Positions 1-10,021 are shown, numbered from the stretch's first letter. The stretch is DNA of 64,000 nucleotides from Paracoccaceae bacterium (GCA_020425125.1 JAGQRV010000003.1:1184-65183); one strand, 5' to 3'. Notes: generated by a model from the sequence alone, not told the origin. Translations and numbers: made by a program.

Positions 1-262
1 TGATGGCCGTGACGAAGCTGACGGTGCCCAGGACCTCGCCCAGATTGCGTACCCACATCGGGCGGGTGAACATGACGGCTCCGAACAGGCGCTGTCGGAT
101 GGCGCGCGCCCAGAGTCCGAAAACCAGGGCCCCACCCCATCCCAGCATCACGAGGATCTGGCCGGTCGGCACCTCCACCGCCACCAGCTTGATGAACATG
201 TCCTCCAGCGCAAAGCCGGCCATCGCGGCGACCATCAGGAGAATGCCGTTCAGGTTGTCCAA
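1..262 (-). CDS. DMT/EamA-family transporter, N-terminal fragment (gene continues past window start)
   Basis: Not in the ORF track because there is no stop inside the window. Reverse-strand reading from TTG at 262 gives LDNLNGILLMVAAMAGFALEDMFIKLVAVEVPTGQILVMLGWGGALVFGLWARAIRQRLFGAVMF... The hydrophobic helices resemble EamA N-termini, and the frame stays open to position 2. Confidence 0.5.
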   Translation of the reverse strand, partial: MDNLNGILLMVAAMAGFALEDMFIKLVAVEVPTGQILVMLGWGGALVFGLWARAIRQRLFGAVMFTRPMWVRNLGEVLGTVSFVTAI

Positions 263-365
263 TGACGTACCCCGTACCAGTCCCGCCGCTGCCTATGCGA
301 CCGGGGGGCGACTGGCCAGCGGGAAAGCGTCGGTCGTGCTGCATGGATGGCCCCCATGCCGCGTT

Positions 366-404
366 CGCCAAAACGCAAACCGCCGCCCACTGGGAGGGCG
401 GCGG
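366..404 (-). terminator. Rho-independent terminator downstream of the FkbM-like gene
   Basis: Perfect 9-bp GC stem CCGCCGCCC (380-388) / GGGCGGCGG (396-404) with a 7-nt loop. On the minus strand it is followed by TTTGCGTTTTGG. Confidence 0.6.
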
Positions 405-478
405 AGCGATGTCGTCTTCCGGAAGCTGAGCGCGGTTAAGCGAAACCGCGCCGCAGGGATGCGGTACTTTTCGTGGCG

Positions 479-1354
479 TCAGAACGCCTTGGCGGGCAAT
501 TGCTCGAACGGCATCCGCGGGATTTCGTCGAAATTCGGCAACGATTCGTGGATGTAGAAGCTGTCGTAAAGCGAATTGCGGACGAAATGGTACTTGTTGG
601 CGAAGAGGATCTCGTTCAACTCCGGCGTCGGGCGTTCCACTGTCATGGTCAGGAAGCGATACCGGTCAAAGGGGAAATGGCGCATCACCCGCGTCTCGAG
701 CCCTTCGACGTCAAGGCTGAGATAGTCGATCGTCGACGGCGCCCCATAACGGTCGAGCACGTCGGCCAGCGGCAGGACCTCAACCGTGCAGATGCGTCCC
801 TCGGCCCGCGCGGCAGCGGTCAGCGCGGTATCGGCGTAATCGCCTTCCTTGGTGATCAGCCCGCTGCGTTGGCCGTCGATGACGAATTCCAGTGTGCCCG
901 GCTCCGCGTCCACGGCAAGCGGCACGCAGGTGCAGCCGCGCTTGTAGAGCTCGGTCATCTTGCGGAAATTTTCCGGGTTCGGCTCGATGGTCAGGCCCTT
1001 CCAGCCGAAATGCTTTTCCAACGCGAACGTATTGCTGTCGGTGAAGCCGTCATAGGCGCCGAACTCGACGAAGAAGCCGCCGCGCTTGCCCTGGAACACC
1101 TCGTCGATGACCCAGCGGTCCTGGCCGCGGTCGGACAGGTATTTCGGAACACGGCCATATTTCAGATACGAAGTCCGGTACGCCGCCTGCTTCACCGCCA
1201 TCGCGCCGACATAGGCGTGGTATGCGGGTTTCTGGAGGACCGGAACGCGGTCGATCAGCCGCTGCATCATCTTGACAAACGAGTCGCTCATCGGCGGGGT
1301 CGCCTTTCGGTTGTTGACGGCCGGACCCGAAGCGCCGGCGGGCAAATGAGTCAT
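479..1354 (-). CDS. FkbM-family SAM-dependent methyltransferase
   Basis: 291-aa ORF. The region FVEFGAYDGFTDSNTFALEKHFGWKGLTIEPNPENF resembles FkbM-type methyltransferases. Its ATG overlaps the stop of the upstream gene (ATGA at 1351-1354). Confidence 0.75.
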   Translation of the reverse strand: MTHLPAGASGPAVNNRKATPPMSDSFVKMMQRLIDRVPVLQKPAYHAYVGAMAVKQAAYRTSYLKYGRVPKYLSDRGQDRWVIDEVFQGKRGGFFVEFGAYDGFTDSNTFALEKHFGWKGLTIEPNPENFRKMTELYKRGCTCVPLAVDAEPGTLEFVIDGQRSGLITKEGDYADTALTAAARAEGRICTVEVLPLADVLDRYGAPSTIDYLSLDVEGLETRVMRHFPFDRYRFLTMTVERPTPELNEILFANKYHFVRNSLYDSFYIHESLPNFDEIPRMPFEQLPAKAF

Positions 1355-3405
1355 TTCGTCGTTCCTTTCAGATCAATGGCTTTTTCGATCCCGAAGAGAT
1401 CAATTACCGGCCGCGGCCAGCCGCGGCTTCCCGACGCAAAAACCGCTGCTCGCCGGACATAGTAAAGCGGACCGATCGTCCGCTCGAGTCCCGCGCGGTT
1501 GCGATCCGCGGCATATTTCGCGGCATCGTTACCGACCAGCTCGTATCCGTCCTGCGATGCCAGAACCGTCTGCCCTTCGCTGAGGGACGCCCCGGACGCG
1601 GGACGGATTTCGTAGACGATCTCCTGCCCGGCCGGCTTCGGCTGCACGGCTTCGGCATACCAGGCAAGCGGAGCCCCCAGATACTGCGTCTTCCAGGCAT
1701 TTTCCCCCCAACTCATCGGGAAGGCGTCGCGCAGGAGATCTTGCGAGATTCGCATCAGTGCCGGGTCATCGGCGGGCCCGCCGGTCGCACCGTCGATAGC
1801 GATCGTCGCGGCGAATTCGCGTCCGAACAGGTGCGGACGGTAACTGCCCGGTTGCGATAGGAGTGCGGCCACCGCCGCGAATCCGAGGGCCCAGACGACC
1901 GCTTTCCGCGGCATGCGACGGACAGGGTCAAGGCGCCAGAAGACGATCAGCGGAAGGACCATCGCCGGGGCAAAATGATGCGGCAGGATTCGATAGCCCT
2001 GAAGGTAGAAGAACATCGCATAGCCCAGCGTGACCAAGGTCACGGCGTGGCCGAGCCGGTCCTGCTGTCGCCAGGCCGCGAGAGACAGCGCGGGCAGGAT
2101 GCCGCACGGCAGGATCCAGAACAGCATTCGCTGGGGTTCGAACGGGGTAACGAATCGCAGACGTTCGGCAAGGTTGTCGGCACTGAATTCGTCGCGGGCA
2201 CCTGACAGGTTCAGGGCCGAAAGTACGGCCGGCAGATAGCGCCCCGCAAGAATGACCGCGGCCATGATGCCGAGGGCAATGGCGAGGCGCCGCCACGGGC
2301 GCGGTGTCTCTGTCAGGCCGACGGCCAGGATGCACAACAGGAAATAGATCGGCGCGCTGGGAATCGCGGCATAGGAAAGCGCCGCGAATACCGCCATCCA
2401 GCCGAATCGTTCGTCGAGGAAGAATTTCAGGAAGCCGAGGAACGCGATCATCACGAACGGTTCGCGCGTCATCGGCAGGGCGATGTCGGCGAAATAGACG
2501 TCGTAGCTCGCGTGCCAGCCCAGCACCCAAGCATAGAGGGTCAGCGCCGCGGTTACGCCGATGGCGGCGGCCCGACCGGGCAGCTCGTCATATCCCCGCC
2601 GGACGAGATCGAGGACGAGGCCGGCAAGAATGGCGAGTCCGGGCAGCGCCGGCAGACGCACCGAAAGCTCGAATCCGCCGAACAGACGCTGGAACCAGGC
2701 GTTCGGAAGAACCTCGATCAGGGTGGTGATGCTGGGATAGGCAGCGACCGGGCCGGCCGACGAATCCCAGAACGGCGAACCGGTATGGATCAGGTTTTGC
2801 GCCGACAGGAAGAGGTGCGCTCCGTCGCCGTTGAACGCCTCCCAGAAGAATTTCGGCGTCATCAGATAGAACGCGGCCAGGGGAACGGCGAGCATCGCCG
2901 CCAGATCCCACCGGCGCCGGGCAAACATCGACCAGGCGATTCGTCCGTTCAAGTCCGCCAGCGCCACCGGAACCAGCGCCGCCGCACAGAGCCCCGCGAG
3001 GAAAGTCGCGAAGGCGGATCCGGTCAGCGTGGCATGAAAGAGCGCCTCAAAAACGCCCAGAGCGACACTCAGCCCGACGAGCGTCAGGGCAAAGCCGCGC
3101 AGAAGCCAGGCGCCGAAATTGCCCCGGCCGCCATCGAGTCGCAGCGCGATCAGAAGACCGGGGCCGAACAGGAGGAGGCTGCCGGCAATCGCGGCGGCAG
3201 GTACCTGAACGTAGAGTAGCAGCGCGTTCGGAGCCACGAACCATGGGGTAGGGCCCGCCGCAAGATCACGCACCGCCCAGACTGCCTGCGCAAGTCCTGC
3301 GCTTTGCGCGCAGCACAGCCAGGCCACCGCTAGCCCCAACCCGAGCCCGAATGTCCGCCAACTATGTCGCACGGGCTCGTTCACCGACAGCCCGGCTACC
3401 GCCAT
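1351..3405 (-). CDS. Large polytopic membrane protein, family not recognised
   Basis: 684-aa ORF with many hydrophobic helices over roughly the first 520 aa, then a soluble C-terminal region of about 160 aa. High GC3. Translationally coupled to the methyltransferase gene. Confidence 0.7.
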   Translation of the reverse strand: MAVAGLSVNEPVRHSWRTFGLGLGLAVAWLCCAQSAGLAQAVWAVRDLAAGPTPWFVAPNALLLYVQVPAAAIAGSLLLFGPGLLIALRLDGGRGNFGAWLLRGFALTLVGLSVALGVFEALFHATLTGSAFATFLAGLCAAALVPVALADLNGRIAWSMFARRRWDLAAMLAVPLAAFYLMTPKFFWEAFNGDGAHLFLSAQNLIHTGSPFWDSSAGPVAAYPSITTLIEVLPNAWFQRLFGGFELSVRLPALPGLAILAGLVLDLVRRGYDELPGRAAAIGVTAALTLYAWVLGWHASYDVYFADIALPMTREPFVMIAFLGFLKFFLDERFGWMAVFAALSYAAIPSAPIYFLLCILAVGLTETPRPWRRLAIALGIMAAVILAGRYLPAVLSALNLSGARDEFSADNLAERLRFVTPFEPQRMLFWILPCGILPALSLAAWRQQDRLGHAVTLVTLGYAMFFYLQGYRILPHHFAPAMVLPLIVFWRLDPVRRMPRKAVVWALGFAAVAALLSQPGSYRPHLFGREFAATIAIDGATGGPADDPALMRISQDLLRDAFPMSWGENAWKTQYLGAPLAWYAEAVQPKPAGQEIVYEIRPASGASLSEGQTVLASQDGYELVGNDAAKYAADRNRAGLERTIGPLYYVRRAAVFASGSRGWPRPVIDLFGIEKAIDLKGTTK

Positions 3406-3678
3406 GGCAATCCCCGAAGTTGGAGAAGGAAAGCTGCAGCGGCTGGGTCACGAGACGCGCCGGGACGTCGGCTGGAAAGCAGTATCGACGGTGACCTGGG
3501 CTGCAAGCGACACACTAACCTGATACTCCCGCATGACGACAAACGGATCGACGAGCCAAATTTCCAGCGAACAGCATTGCATAAACTGGCCGGATTTTCC
3601 TAGCGGAAAGCGAGGATCCTGTCGAGCATCTGACGATATCTTGGTAAGTGCTTTGTGCCGTTCAATGTGTTGAATTCG

Positions 3679-4095
3679 TCACTTTTCTTTCCGGATGGGC
3701 ACGCCATACAACTCCAGCCTGTGGCCTTTCAACCTGTAGCCGAGTTTTGCGGCAATCCGCTCCTGAAGATTCTCGATTTCCGCATCGACGAATTCAATCA
3801 CTTCGCCCGAATTCAGGTCGATCAGGTGGTCATGGTGGTCCCGCTCGGCGCTTTCGTACCGCGACCGGCCATCGCCGAATTCGCGCCGCTCCAGAATGCC
3901 GGCTTCTTCAAACAACTTTACCGTGCGATATACCGTGGCAATGGAAATGCGGGGATCGACGGCGGCGGCGCGAGAATACAGCGCCTCCACGTCCGGGTGG
4001 TCGTCGGCCTCGTCCAGGACCCGCGCGATCACGCGGCGCTGGTCGGTCATGCGCAGACCCTTGTCCTCGCAGAGATCGCTGATCGTCGTGCGCAT
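3679..4095 (-). CDS. Fur-family metalloregulator (Fur/Mur-like)
   Basis: ORF 3679..4245 trimmed to the ATG at 4095 (MRTTISDLCEDKGLRMTDQRRVIARVLDEADDHPDVEALY...ATVYRTVKLFEEAGIL...HHDHLIDL). Winged-helix and His-rich metal site are typical of Fur. No CxxC pairs. Confidence 0.85.
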   Translation of the reverse strand: MRTTISDLCEDKGLRMTDQRRVIARVLDEADDHPDVEALYSRAAAVDPRISIATVYRTVKLFEEAGILERREFGDGRSRYESAERDHHDHLIDLNSGEVIEFVDAEIENLQERIAAKLGYRLKGHRLELYGVPIRKEK

Positions 4096-4294
4096 GGCTG
4101 TTCCCGGTTCCGGTGCGGATCTTTCTAGGCGAGAAGCCTGTGGCGCTCCACCCGAAATCCGGACCTCGCCGCTCTGAACGGGACGCTGCCTGAAAGTCGC
4201 GCTGTCCGAGGCCAGGGCTTCCCCCGGTTGCGGGAGGCATCCCAAACGGGCGAACCTGGCCTTCGAGGCCGGCGCATTAGGGCGAAACCGCGGC

Positions 4295-5722
4295 CTATGT
4301 TCCGCAGAAGGTCATCTTGACCTCTTCTTCGGGCTCTGGCGGCACCGCGAGGTCCGCGGCCGGCGAATCGTAGGGCCGGGTCACCGTTTCCAGCAGCCGC
4401 CGGAACGGTGCGAAATCCCCTGCGACCGCCGCGCCGATCATGGTCTCGACCTGATGATTGCGGGGAATCACGCGCGGATTGGCGCGGGCCATGGCGGTCA
4501 GGTCCGGCCCGCCCTGTGCGTCCAGCCGCGCCCGATAGACCGGCATCCATGCGTCGAACGGATCCGGATCGGCAAACGCATCGCGTGCGTGCCCCTCGGC
4601 GAGGCCGGCAAAGGTGTTGGTGAAATCGGCCGCGCCGGTCTGCATGGCGGTCAGCAGATCGTTCACCAGCTCTGCGTCGTTCTCGCGCCATTCGCGCAGC
4701 CCGAGCTTGCCCGCGAAAACGCGGGCCCAGGCTGTGCCGAAGGCATCGGGAAAGCGGTTGACGGAGTTGGTGGCCATCTCCACCGCTGTATCCTGGTCGG
4801 CGTCGATCAGCGGCAGCAGGCAGGTGGCAAGCTGCGCGAGGTTCCACGCGGCGATAGTGGGCTGCCGGTTGAACGCGTACCGTCCGTAACTGTCGATCGA
4901 TGAATAGACCTTCCCGGATTCGAACCGGTCCATGAAGGCACAGGGGCCGTAATCGATCGTTTCGCCCGACAGGGCCGTGTTGTCGGTATTCATCACACCA
5001 TGGATGAAGCCGACTCCGAGCCACCGGGCCACCAGATCGGCCTGAGCCGCGACCACGGCGTCGAGCAGGTCGAGCACACTGCCGGCGTCCGGGTAGTGGC
5101 GGGCGATCACGTGATCGGCGAGAAGGCGGATCGCCTCGACGTCCTGGCGTGCGGCGAAATACTGGAATGTGCCGACACGGACATGGCTGGCCGCGACGCG
5201 GGTCAGCACGGCACCGGGCAAGCCGCCACGCTCCCGGATCACATGTTCCCCGGTGGCGACGGCCGCGAGCGCCCGAGTGGTGGGAACGCCCATCGCGTGC
5301 ATCGCCTCGCTGACGACGTATTCACGCAGAACCGGACCGAGCCAGGCGCGGCCATCTCCCATGCGGGAAAAGGGCGTGCGCCCCGAGCCCTTCAACTGGA
5401 TATCGCGGCGCTTCCCGTGGATGTCGACGACTTCGCCGAGAAGCAGCGCCCTGCCGTCGCCAAGCTGCGGGACCCATCCCCCGAACTGGTGGCCGGCATA
5501 GGCTTGCGCCAGCGGTGCGGCACCATCGGGGACCTGGTTTCCGGCCAGAACGCGTGTCCCTTCGGGGCCAGCGAGCGCTTCGGCGTCGAGACCGAGCTCC
5601 GCCGCCAGCGCCGCGTTCACGACGATCGGTTGCGGCGCCTCGACGGGCGTGGCTGGCTGGCGCACATAGAACCGCTCGGGCAGGCGCGCATAGCTGTTGT
5701 CGAAGGGAATGTGCAGGGTCAT
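4295..5722 (-). CDS. selO: YdiU/SelO-family protein adenylyltransferase
   Basis: ORF 4295..5806 trimmed to [46 protein letters not shown] and [24 protein letters not shown] are typical SelO motifs. Confidence 0.85.
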   Translation of the reverse strand: MTLHIPFDNSYARLPERFYVRQPATPVEAPQPIVVNAALAAELGLDAEALAGPEGTRVLAGNQVPDGAAPLAQAYAGHQFGGWVPQLGDGRALLLGEVVDIHGKRRDIQLKGSGRTPFSRMGDGRAWLGPVLREYVVSEAMHAMGVPTTRALAAVATGEHVIRERGGLPGAVLTRVAASHVRVGTFQYFAARQDVEAIRLLADHVIARHYPDAGSVLDLLDAVVAAQADLVARWLGVGFIHGVMNTDNTALSGETIDYGPCAFMDRFESGKVYSSIDSYGRYAFNRQPTIAAWNLAQLATCLLPLIDADQDTAVEMATNSVNRFPDAFGTAWARVFAGKLGLREWRENDAELVNDLLTAMQTGAADFTNTFAGLAEGHARDAFADPDPFDAWMPVYRARLDAQGGPDLTAMARANPRVIPRNHQVETMIGAAVAGDFAPFRRLLETVTRPYDSPAADLAVPPEPEEEVKMTFCGT

Positions 5723-5816
5723 GGCTCCGGGTTTCCCGTCATGCACCGTCGGTGCGGCGGTCGCCGCACCAAGTCCAAGATAGGGCGCCCGACGCGTATC
5801 TGCCACCGGGCGCCCG

Positions 5817-6758
5817 TCAGAGCCGCCCGATCCGGTCGGTCAGCAGCGCGAAGAACCCGTCGGCATCCACGTCGCCCATGAAGGTGGCGTTCGCCTCCCG
5901 GCCTGAAACGCGCCACCAGTCGGCCACGGTCATCCCGCGGGTCAGGTCCGAGCGGGTCTCGATCTCGACATTGATATGGCGCCCGGAAAACAGCTTCGGC
6001 TTCAGCAGATAGGCGACGGTGCAGGGGTCGTGTAGCGGCGCGCCGGCCGAGCCGTATTTCTCCTTGTCGAATCGTTCGAAGAAATCGGTCCATTCCGCCA
6101 CCGCCCTGCCGGGCTCCGTGCCGAGATCGCGGAAGGCGGCAACCCGGTCTGCGGTCACCAGCGCCTTGTGGGTGACATCGAGCGGCATCACGGTGATCGG
6201 TGCCCCGCAGGCAAAGACCTTGGCCGCAGCCTCGGGATCCACATAGATGTTGAATTCGGCTGTGGGCGTGATGTTGCCGACCTCGAAATAGGCGCCGCCC
6301 ATCAGCACGATCTCGGCGATCCGGCTGGCAATGTCCGGGGCGCGCATCAGCGCCAGCGCGATATTGGTCAGGGGGCCGATCGGGCAGAGAGAGACGGCGC
6401 CCGGCGGTTCGCGCCGCAGTGTCTCGATCAGGAAATCGACGGCATGCGCCGCTTGCAGCGGCATGGTCGGGTCGGGCAGCGCTGGGCCGTCGAGCCCGGT
6501 CTTGCCATGGACATGCTCGGCAGTCCGCAGGGGGCGCAGAAGCGGCCGGTCCGCGCCGGCAAAGACCGGGATGTCCGGGCGCCCGGCCAATTCGCAGACG
6601 ATACGGGCATTCCTGGTTGTCAGCGAAAGTGGCACGTTTCCGGCAACCGCGGTGATCCCGACCAGCTCGATCTCCTCGGGGCTTGCCAGCGCAAGCAGAA
6701 TCGCCACCGCGTCGTCCTGGCCCGGGTCCGTATCGATGATGATCTTGCGGGGCGGCAT
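5817..6758 (-). CDS. Nucleoside hydrolase (inosine/uridine-preferring family)
   Basis: 313 aa. N-terminal [18 protein letters not shown] matches the DxDxxxDD signature of IUNH-family hydrolases. Confidence 0.85.
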   Translation of the reverse strand: MPPRKIIIDTDPGQDDAVAILLALASPEEIELVGITAVAGNVPLSLTTRNARIVCELAGRPDIPVFAGADRPLLRPLRTAEHVHGKTGLDGPALPDPTMPLQAAHAVDFLIETLRREPPGAVSLCPIGPLTNIALALMRAPDIASRIAEIVLMGGAYFEVGNITPTAEFNIYVDPEAAAKVFACGAPITVMPLDVTHKALVTADRVAAFRDLGTEPGRAVAEWTDFFERFDKEKYGSAGAPLHDPCTVAYLLKPKLFSGRHINVEIETRSDLTRGMTVADWWRVSGREANATFMGDVDADGFFALLTDRIGRL

Positions 6759-6815
6759 GGCTCTCTCCGGGGCGGTGTCTCGACAGGGTGATCCGGCGAC
6801 GCATGGACGCCGAAG

Positions 6816-7988
6816 TCAAGCCTCCGCCCGGCCGACTGGCACGGTCGCTTGCGGCGGTGCAAGCACGCCGGCAAGTGCCGCAATTCCCAGCGCAAGGAGG
6901 GCGATCAGACCGAACCCGGCCGGAAGCGAGAAGGCCGCGGCCACAGCTCCGATCACCGGCGGACCGATCAGCACGCCGCCATAGCCCAGTGTCGCGACGC
7001 TGGCTATGGCGCGGCCCGCGGAAAGGTTCGGATCCCGTGCCGCGCGACCGAAGGCGAGCGGCATCACCACTGCGTAGCCGAGTCCCATCACCATGAAGCC
7101 GAGGATGGCGGTTGCCGGGGTGGCAAGGGTGAGCGCGACGAGCGCGCCGGCAGCAGCGAGCAGCCCGCCTGTGCGGACCGCACGGACCGGCCCGAACCAC
7201 AGGACCACCCGGTCTCCGGCCAGACGCATCGCCACCATGGCGGCGGAATAGGCCGCGTATCCGAGTGCGGCCTGTGCTTCGGTCGCACCTGCGACGCGGG
7301 TCAGGAAGACCGCACTCCAGTCTGCCATGGCGCCTTCGCCGATGGCGGAGCCGAAGGCGACAAGGCCGACCAGCAGCAGGATCCCGCGCGGAAACGCGAA
7401 GGCCGGGCCGCCATGATGTCGGGTCGATTCCCAAGCGATCGCCGCCAGCCACATCGCGGCGGCGCCAAGCGCCAGGCCGAGTCCCCAGAATTGCGGCCCC
7501 GGAGCCAGCCCGATCTGCACCGATCCCCATCCCAGCGCAGCACCGAGGCCAGCGCCGAGGCTCCACATCGCGTGGAGCGATGACATGACCGGCCGGCCCG
7601 CGCGGGATTCAACCTCTGCGGCCCAGGCGTTCATGGTCACGTCCATGCCGCCGTGGGCGGAGCCGAAAAGGGCCAATGCCGCCGCCAGCATCCAGACATT
7701 CGGTGCCAGCGGCAGAAGCCATAGCGTTACCATGTAGACGAGGGCGATGCGGCGTGTCGCGCGGGCCGCGCCCATCTTGTCAGACAATCCGCCCGCGATG
7801 GGGAAGGAGAGGATCGCACCGGCCGCCATGGCAAAGAGGACGAGGCCGAGCGCGCCCGGCTCGATGCCATGCCTGTCAACGAAAGCGGGGATGCGGGACG
7901 CCCAGAGCCCGAAAAGCGCGCCATTGAGCGCGAACATCGCCGCGACCGCGCGCCAGGGGGCGCCGGGCTTGTGCTGCGGTTCAGCCAT
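6816..7988 (-). CDS. MFS transporter
   Basis: ORF 6816..8042 trimmed to MAEPQHKPGAPW at 7988. About 12 hydrophobic helices. The start overlaps the stop of the upstream DeoR gene by 8 nt. Confidence 0.75.
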   Translation of the reverse strand: MAEPQHKPGAPWRAVAAMFALNGALFGLWASRIPAFVDRHGIEPGALGLVLFAMAAGAILSFPIAGGLSDKMGAARATRRIALVYMVTLWLLPLAPNVWMLAAALALFGSAHGGMDVTMNAWAAEVESRAGRPVMSSLHAMWSLGAGLGAALGWGSVQIGLAPGPQFWGLGLALGAAAMWLAAIAWESTRHHGGPAFAFPRGILLLVGLVAFGSAIGEGAMADWSAVFLTRVAGATEAQAALGYAAYSAAMVAMRLAGDRVVLWFGPVRAVRTGGLLAAAGALVALTLATPATAILGFMVMGLGYAVVMPLAFGRAARDPNLSAGRAIASVATLGYGGVLIGPPVIGAVAAAFSLPAGFGLIALLALGIAALAGVLAPPQATVPVGRAEA

Positions 7989-8733
7989 GTCTGACCTCGA
8001 TTCCCTTGTCTCGGAGCGCCGCTGCGGCGACGGGGGGCGCATCCGTGACGATGCCGTCGATTTCGTCCGGCGCCAGGGTGCGGTGCCGCGCCCGCAGACC
8101 GATCTTGGCCGCGCCCGTCACCACGAGAACCTTCCGGGCGGCCTGCGCCATGGCCCGCTTGACCGCGCTTTCCAAAACGTCGTCCGAACTGAGCCCGAAC
8201 TCCGCATCCAGCCCGCAAGCGCCGAGAAGCGCGATCTCGGCCGCCGTCCCGGCAAGCGCTGCGGTCACGTCCGTGCCGATGGCGATGCCGCCGCGCGCGC
8301 TGATCTGACCGCCCAGGGTAACCACCTCGATACCCCGTTCGGCGGCTGCCACGGCGATCCAGGGCGAGGGGGTGATCACCAGAAGACCGGCAGCGGGGGT
8401 CATCGCGCGGGCTATTGCCATGACCGTCGTGCCCCCATCCAGAAGCAGGGTCCGGGCACCGCCGAGTTCCTGCAATGTGGCGGTGACCAGAGAGGGTGGA
8501 ACCGGCGTTGCCGCGCGGCGTTCCGCTAACGGCGCGGCCGGTGTCCGCACGGGCAGAGCGCCGCCACGCACCCGTCGGATAGCCCCTTCCGCTTCAAGAG
8601 CAATGAGATCGCGGCGCACCGTGTCGATAGAGATGCCGAACTCGTCGGCAAGCTCTGCCGCTACCAGGGCCGTGCCGGCGCAGAGGCGCTCGCGCAGAAG
8701 CGACTGGCGAATGTCGGGATTGTTCAGGTCCAT
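7981..8733 (-). CDS. DeoR-family transcriptional regulator
   Basis: ORF 7981..8772 trimmed to MDLNNPDIRQSLLRERL. HTH region VAAELADEFGISIDTVRRDLIALEAEGAIRRVRGGA plus a DeoR C-terminal sugar-binding-like domain. Confidence 0.85.
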   Translation of the reverse strand: MDLNNPDIRQSLLRERLCAGTALVAAELADEFGISIDTVRRDLIALEAEGAIRRVRGGALPVRTPAAPLAERRAATPVPPSLVTATLQELGGARTLLLDGGTTVMAIARAMTPAAGLLVITPSPWIAVAAAERGIEVVTLGGQISARGGIAIGTDVTAALAGTAAEIALLGACGLDAEFGLSSDDVLESAVKRAMAQAARKVLVVTGAAKIGLRARHRTLAPDEIDGIVTDAPPVAAAALRDKGIEVRHG

Positions 8734-8770
8734 TGCGTGCCCACGATTCTGCGCATGAAGTTGCGGTATC

Positions 8771-8796
8771 ATGCATTAATATGCATGACAATGCAT
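8771..8796. promoter_or_regulatory. Three phased ATGCAT palindromes (candidate operator of the DeoR-MFS-hydrolase operon)
   Basis: ATGCAT at 8771-8776, 8781-8786 and 8791-8796 gives an exact 10-bp periodicity. The sites lie 38-63 nt upstream of the DeoR start, in an AT-rich patch. Confidence 0.5.
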
Positions 8797-8823
8797 CGTG
8801 GGGCGGCCATGGACCAAGATCTC

Positions 8824-8858
8824 GACAAATAGAACAGGCCCGGCGTTGAGCCGGGCCT
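8824..8858 (-). terminator. Rho-independent terminator downstream of the Fe(3+)-binding protein gene
   Basis: 9-bp stem AGGCCCGGC (8836-8844) / GCCGGGCCT (8850-8858) with loop GTTGA. On the minus strand it is followed by GTTCTATTTG. Confidence 0.6.
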
Positions 8859-8903
8859 CATCCTGTCACGCGTGTCTTTCGGAGCGAAAGCCTGCGCCAG
8901 GCC

Positions 8904-9917
8904 TCAGCCGTCGAAATCGACCTCTTCGACGAGGCGCAGGGCGTCGGGCCGCAACGCGGCCAGCTCCGCGAGGTTCACGTCATCGGGCGTCAGCGTGGGC
9001 CAGCTCGCCACCAGGGCCGAAACCGGCACGGATGGATCCACCGGATATTCGTTGTTGAGTTCGGCATAGAGCGCCTGCGCCTCGTCCGAGGCGAGGAATT
9101 CCAGCAGCTTCACCGCGTCCTCGCGATGGGGCGCGGCCTTCGTCATGGCGACGCCCGAGACATTCACATGCGTGCCGCCATCCTCGAAGACCGGGAAGAC
9201 GAGCTGGACGCTTTCCGCCCATTGCTTCTGCTCGGGATCCTTCAGCATCAGGCCCATGTAATAGGTGTTGCCGATCGAGATGTCGCATTCCCCTGCCCAG
9301 ATCGACTTCACCTGCGAGCGGTCGTTGCCTTGGGGCTTCTTCGCGAGGTTGTCCTTCAACCCGGACAGCCAGGTCTTGGTGTACTCTTCTCCGTGGTGGT
9401 GAATCATCGCCGCGACAAGCGCCACGTTGTAGGCGTCGGTCCCGGCGCGGGTGCAGATCCGCCCCTTCCATTTTGGCGAGGCCAGATCCTCGTAGGTGGT
9501 GATCTCCGAGGGATCGACCCGGTCCTTGCTGGCGTAGATCACCCGCGCGCGGCTGGTGAGGCCGAACCACTGGTTGTTCGGGTCGCGGTAGAATTCCGGG
9601 ATCTGCTGGTCCAGGACCGCATCGTCGACCGGCTGCGTGACGCCTGCGTTCACAAGCTCGGCCAGTCGCGAGATGTCGACGGTCATCACCAGATCGGCCG
9701 GCGACCGCGCACCTTCGGCCTTCAGGCGCTCGACCATCCCTTCCGCCATATAGACGCTGTTGACGGGGATCCCGGTCTTTTCGGTGAAGGCATGCAGGAT
9801 GGGATCGATCAGTTCGGGCTGGCGATACGAATAGACGTTGACTTCTTGCGCGACGGACGGCGCGGCGGCAGTGGCAAGCAGCAGCGCACTCAACCCGTAA
9901 TGGACGACTTTCAGCAT
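8904..9917 (-). CDS. Fe(3+) ABC-transporter periplasmic substrate-binding protein (FbpA/AfuA-like)
   Basis: 337 aa. Signal peptide MLKVVHYGLSALLLATAAAPSVAQ, then EVNVYSYRQPELIDPILHAFTEKTGIPVN, typical of ferric-binding proteins. No permease or ATPase gene is adjacent. Confidence 0.8.
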   Translation of the reverse strand: MLKVVHYGLSALLLATAAAPSVAQEVNVYSYRQPELIDPILHAFTEKTGIPVNSVYMAEGMVERLKAEGARSPADLVMTVDISRLAELVNAGVTQPVDDAVLDQQIPEFYRDPNNQWFGLTSRARVIYASKDRVDPSEITTYEDLASPKWKGRICTRAGTDAYNVALVAAMIHHHGEEYTKTWLSGLKDNLAKKPQGNDRSQVKSIWAGECDISIGNTYYMGLMLKDPEQKQWAESVQLVFPVFEDGGTHVNVSGVAMTKAAPHREDAVKLLEFLASDEAQALYAELNNEYPVDPSVPVSALVASWPTLTPDDVNLAELAALRPDALRLVEEVDFDG

Positions 9918-10021
9918 GGGGCACTCCCGGAATGCGGATCGGCAACGACGACCCGAGGGCCGCGACGCAAACCAGTAAACATGACAAAAACTCTCGGGTC
10001 AATGATGACTGATAGATTTTG

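Noticed and set aside
3-557. 184-aa plus-strand ORF at the window start
   Set aside because: It is antisense to the EamA-like N-terminal fragment and spans the terminator hairpin. No motif, and composition is poor.
5719-7566. 615-aa ORF on the minus strand
   Set aside because: It is extremely Arg/Gly/Pro-rich with no motif. It is out of frame with, and fully overlapped by, the recognisable nucleoside hydrolase and MFS genes. This is a typical alternative-frame artefact of high-GC DNA.
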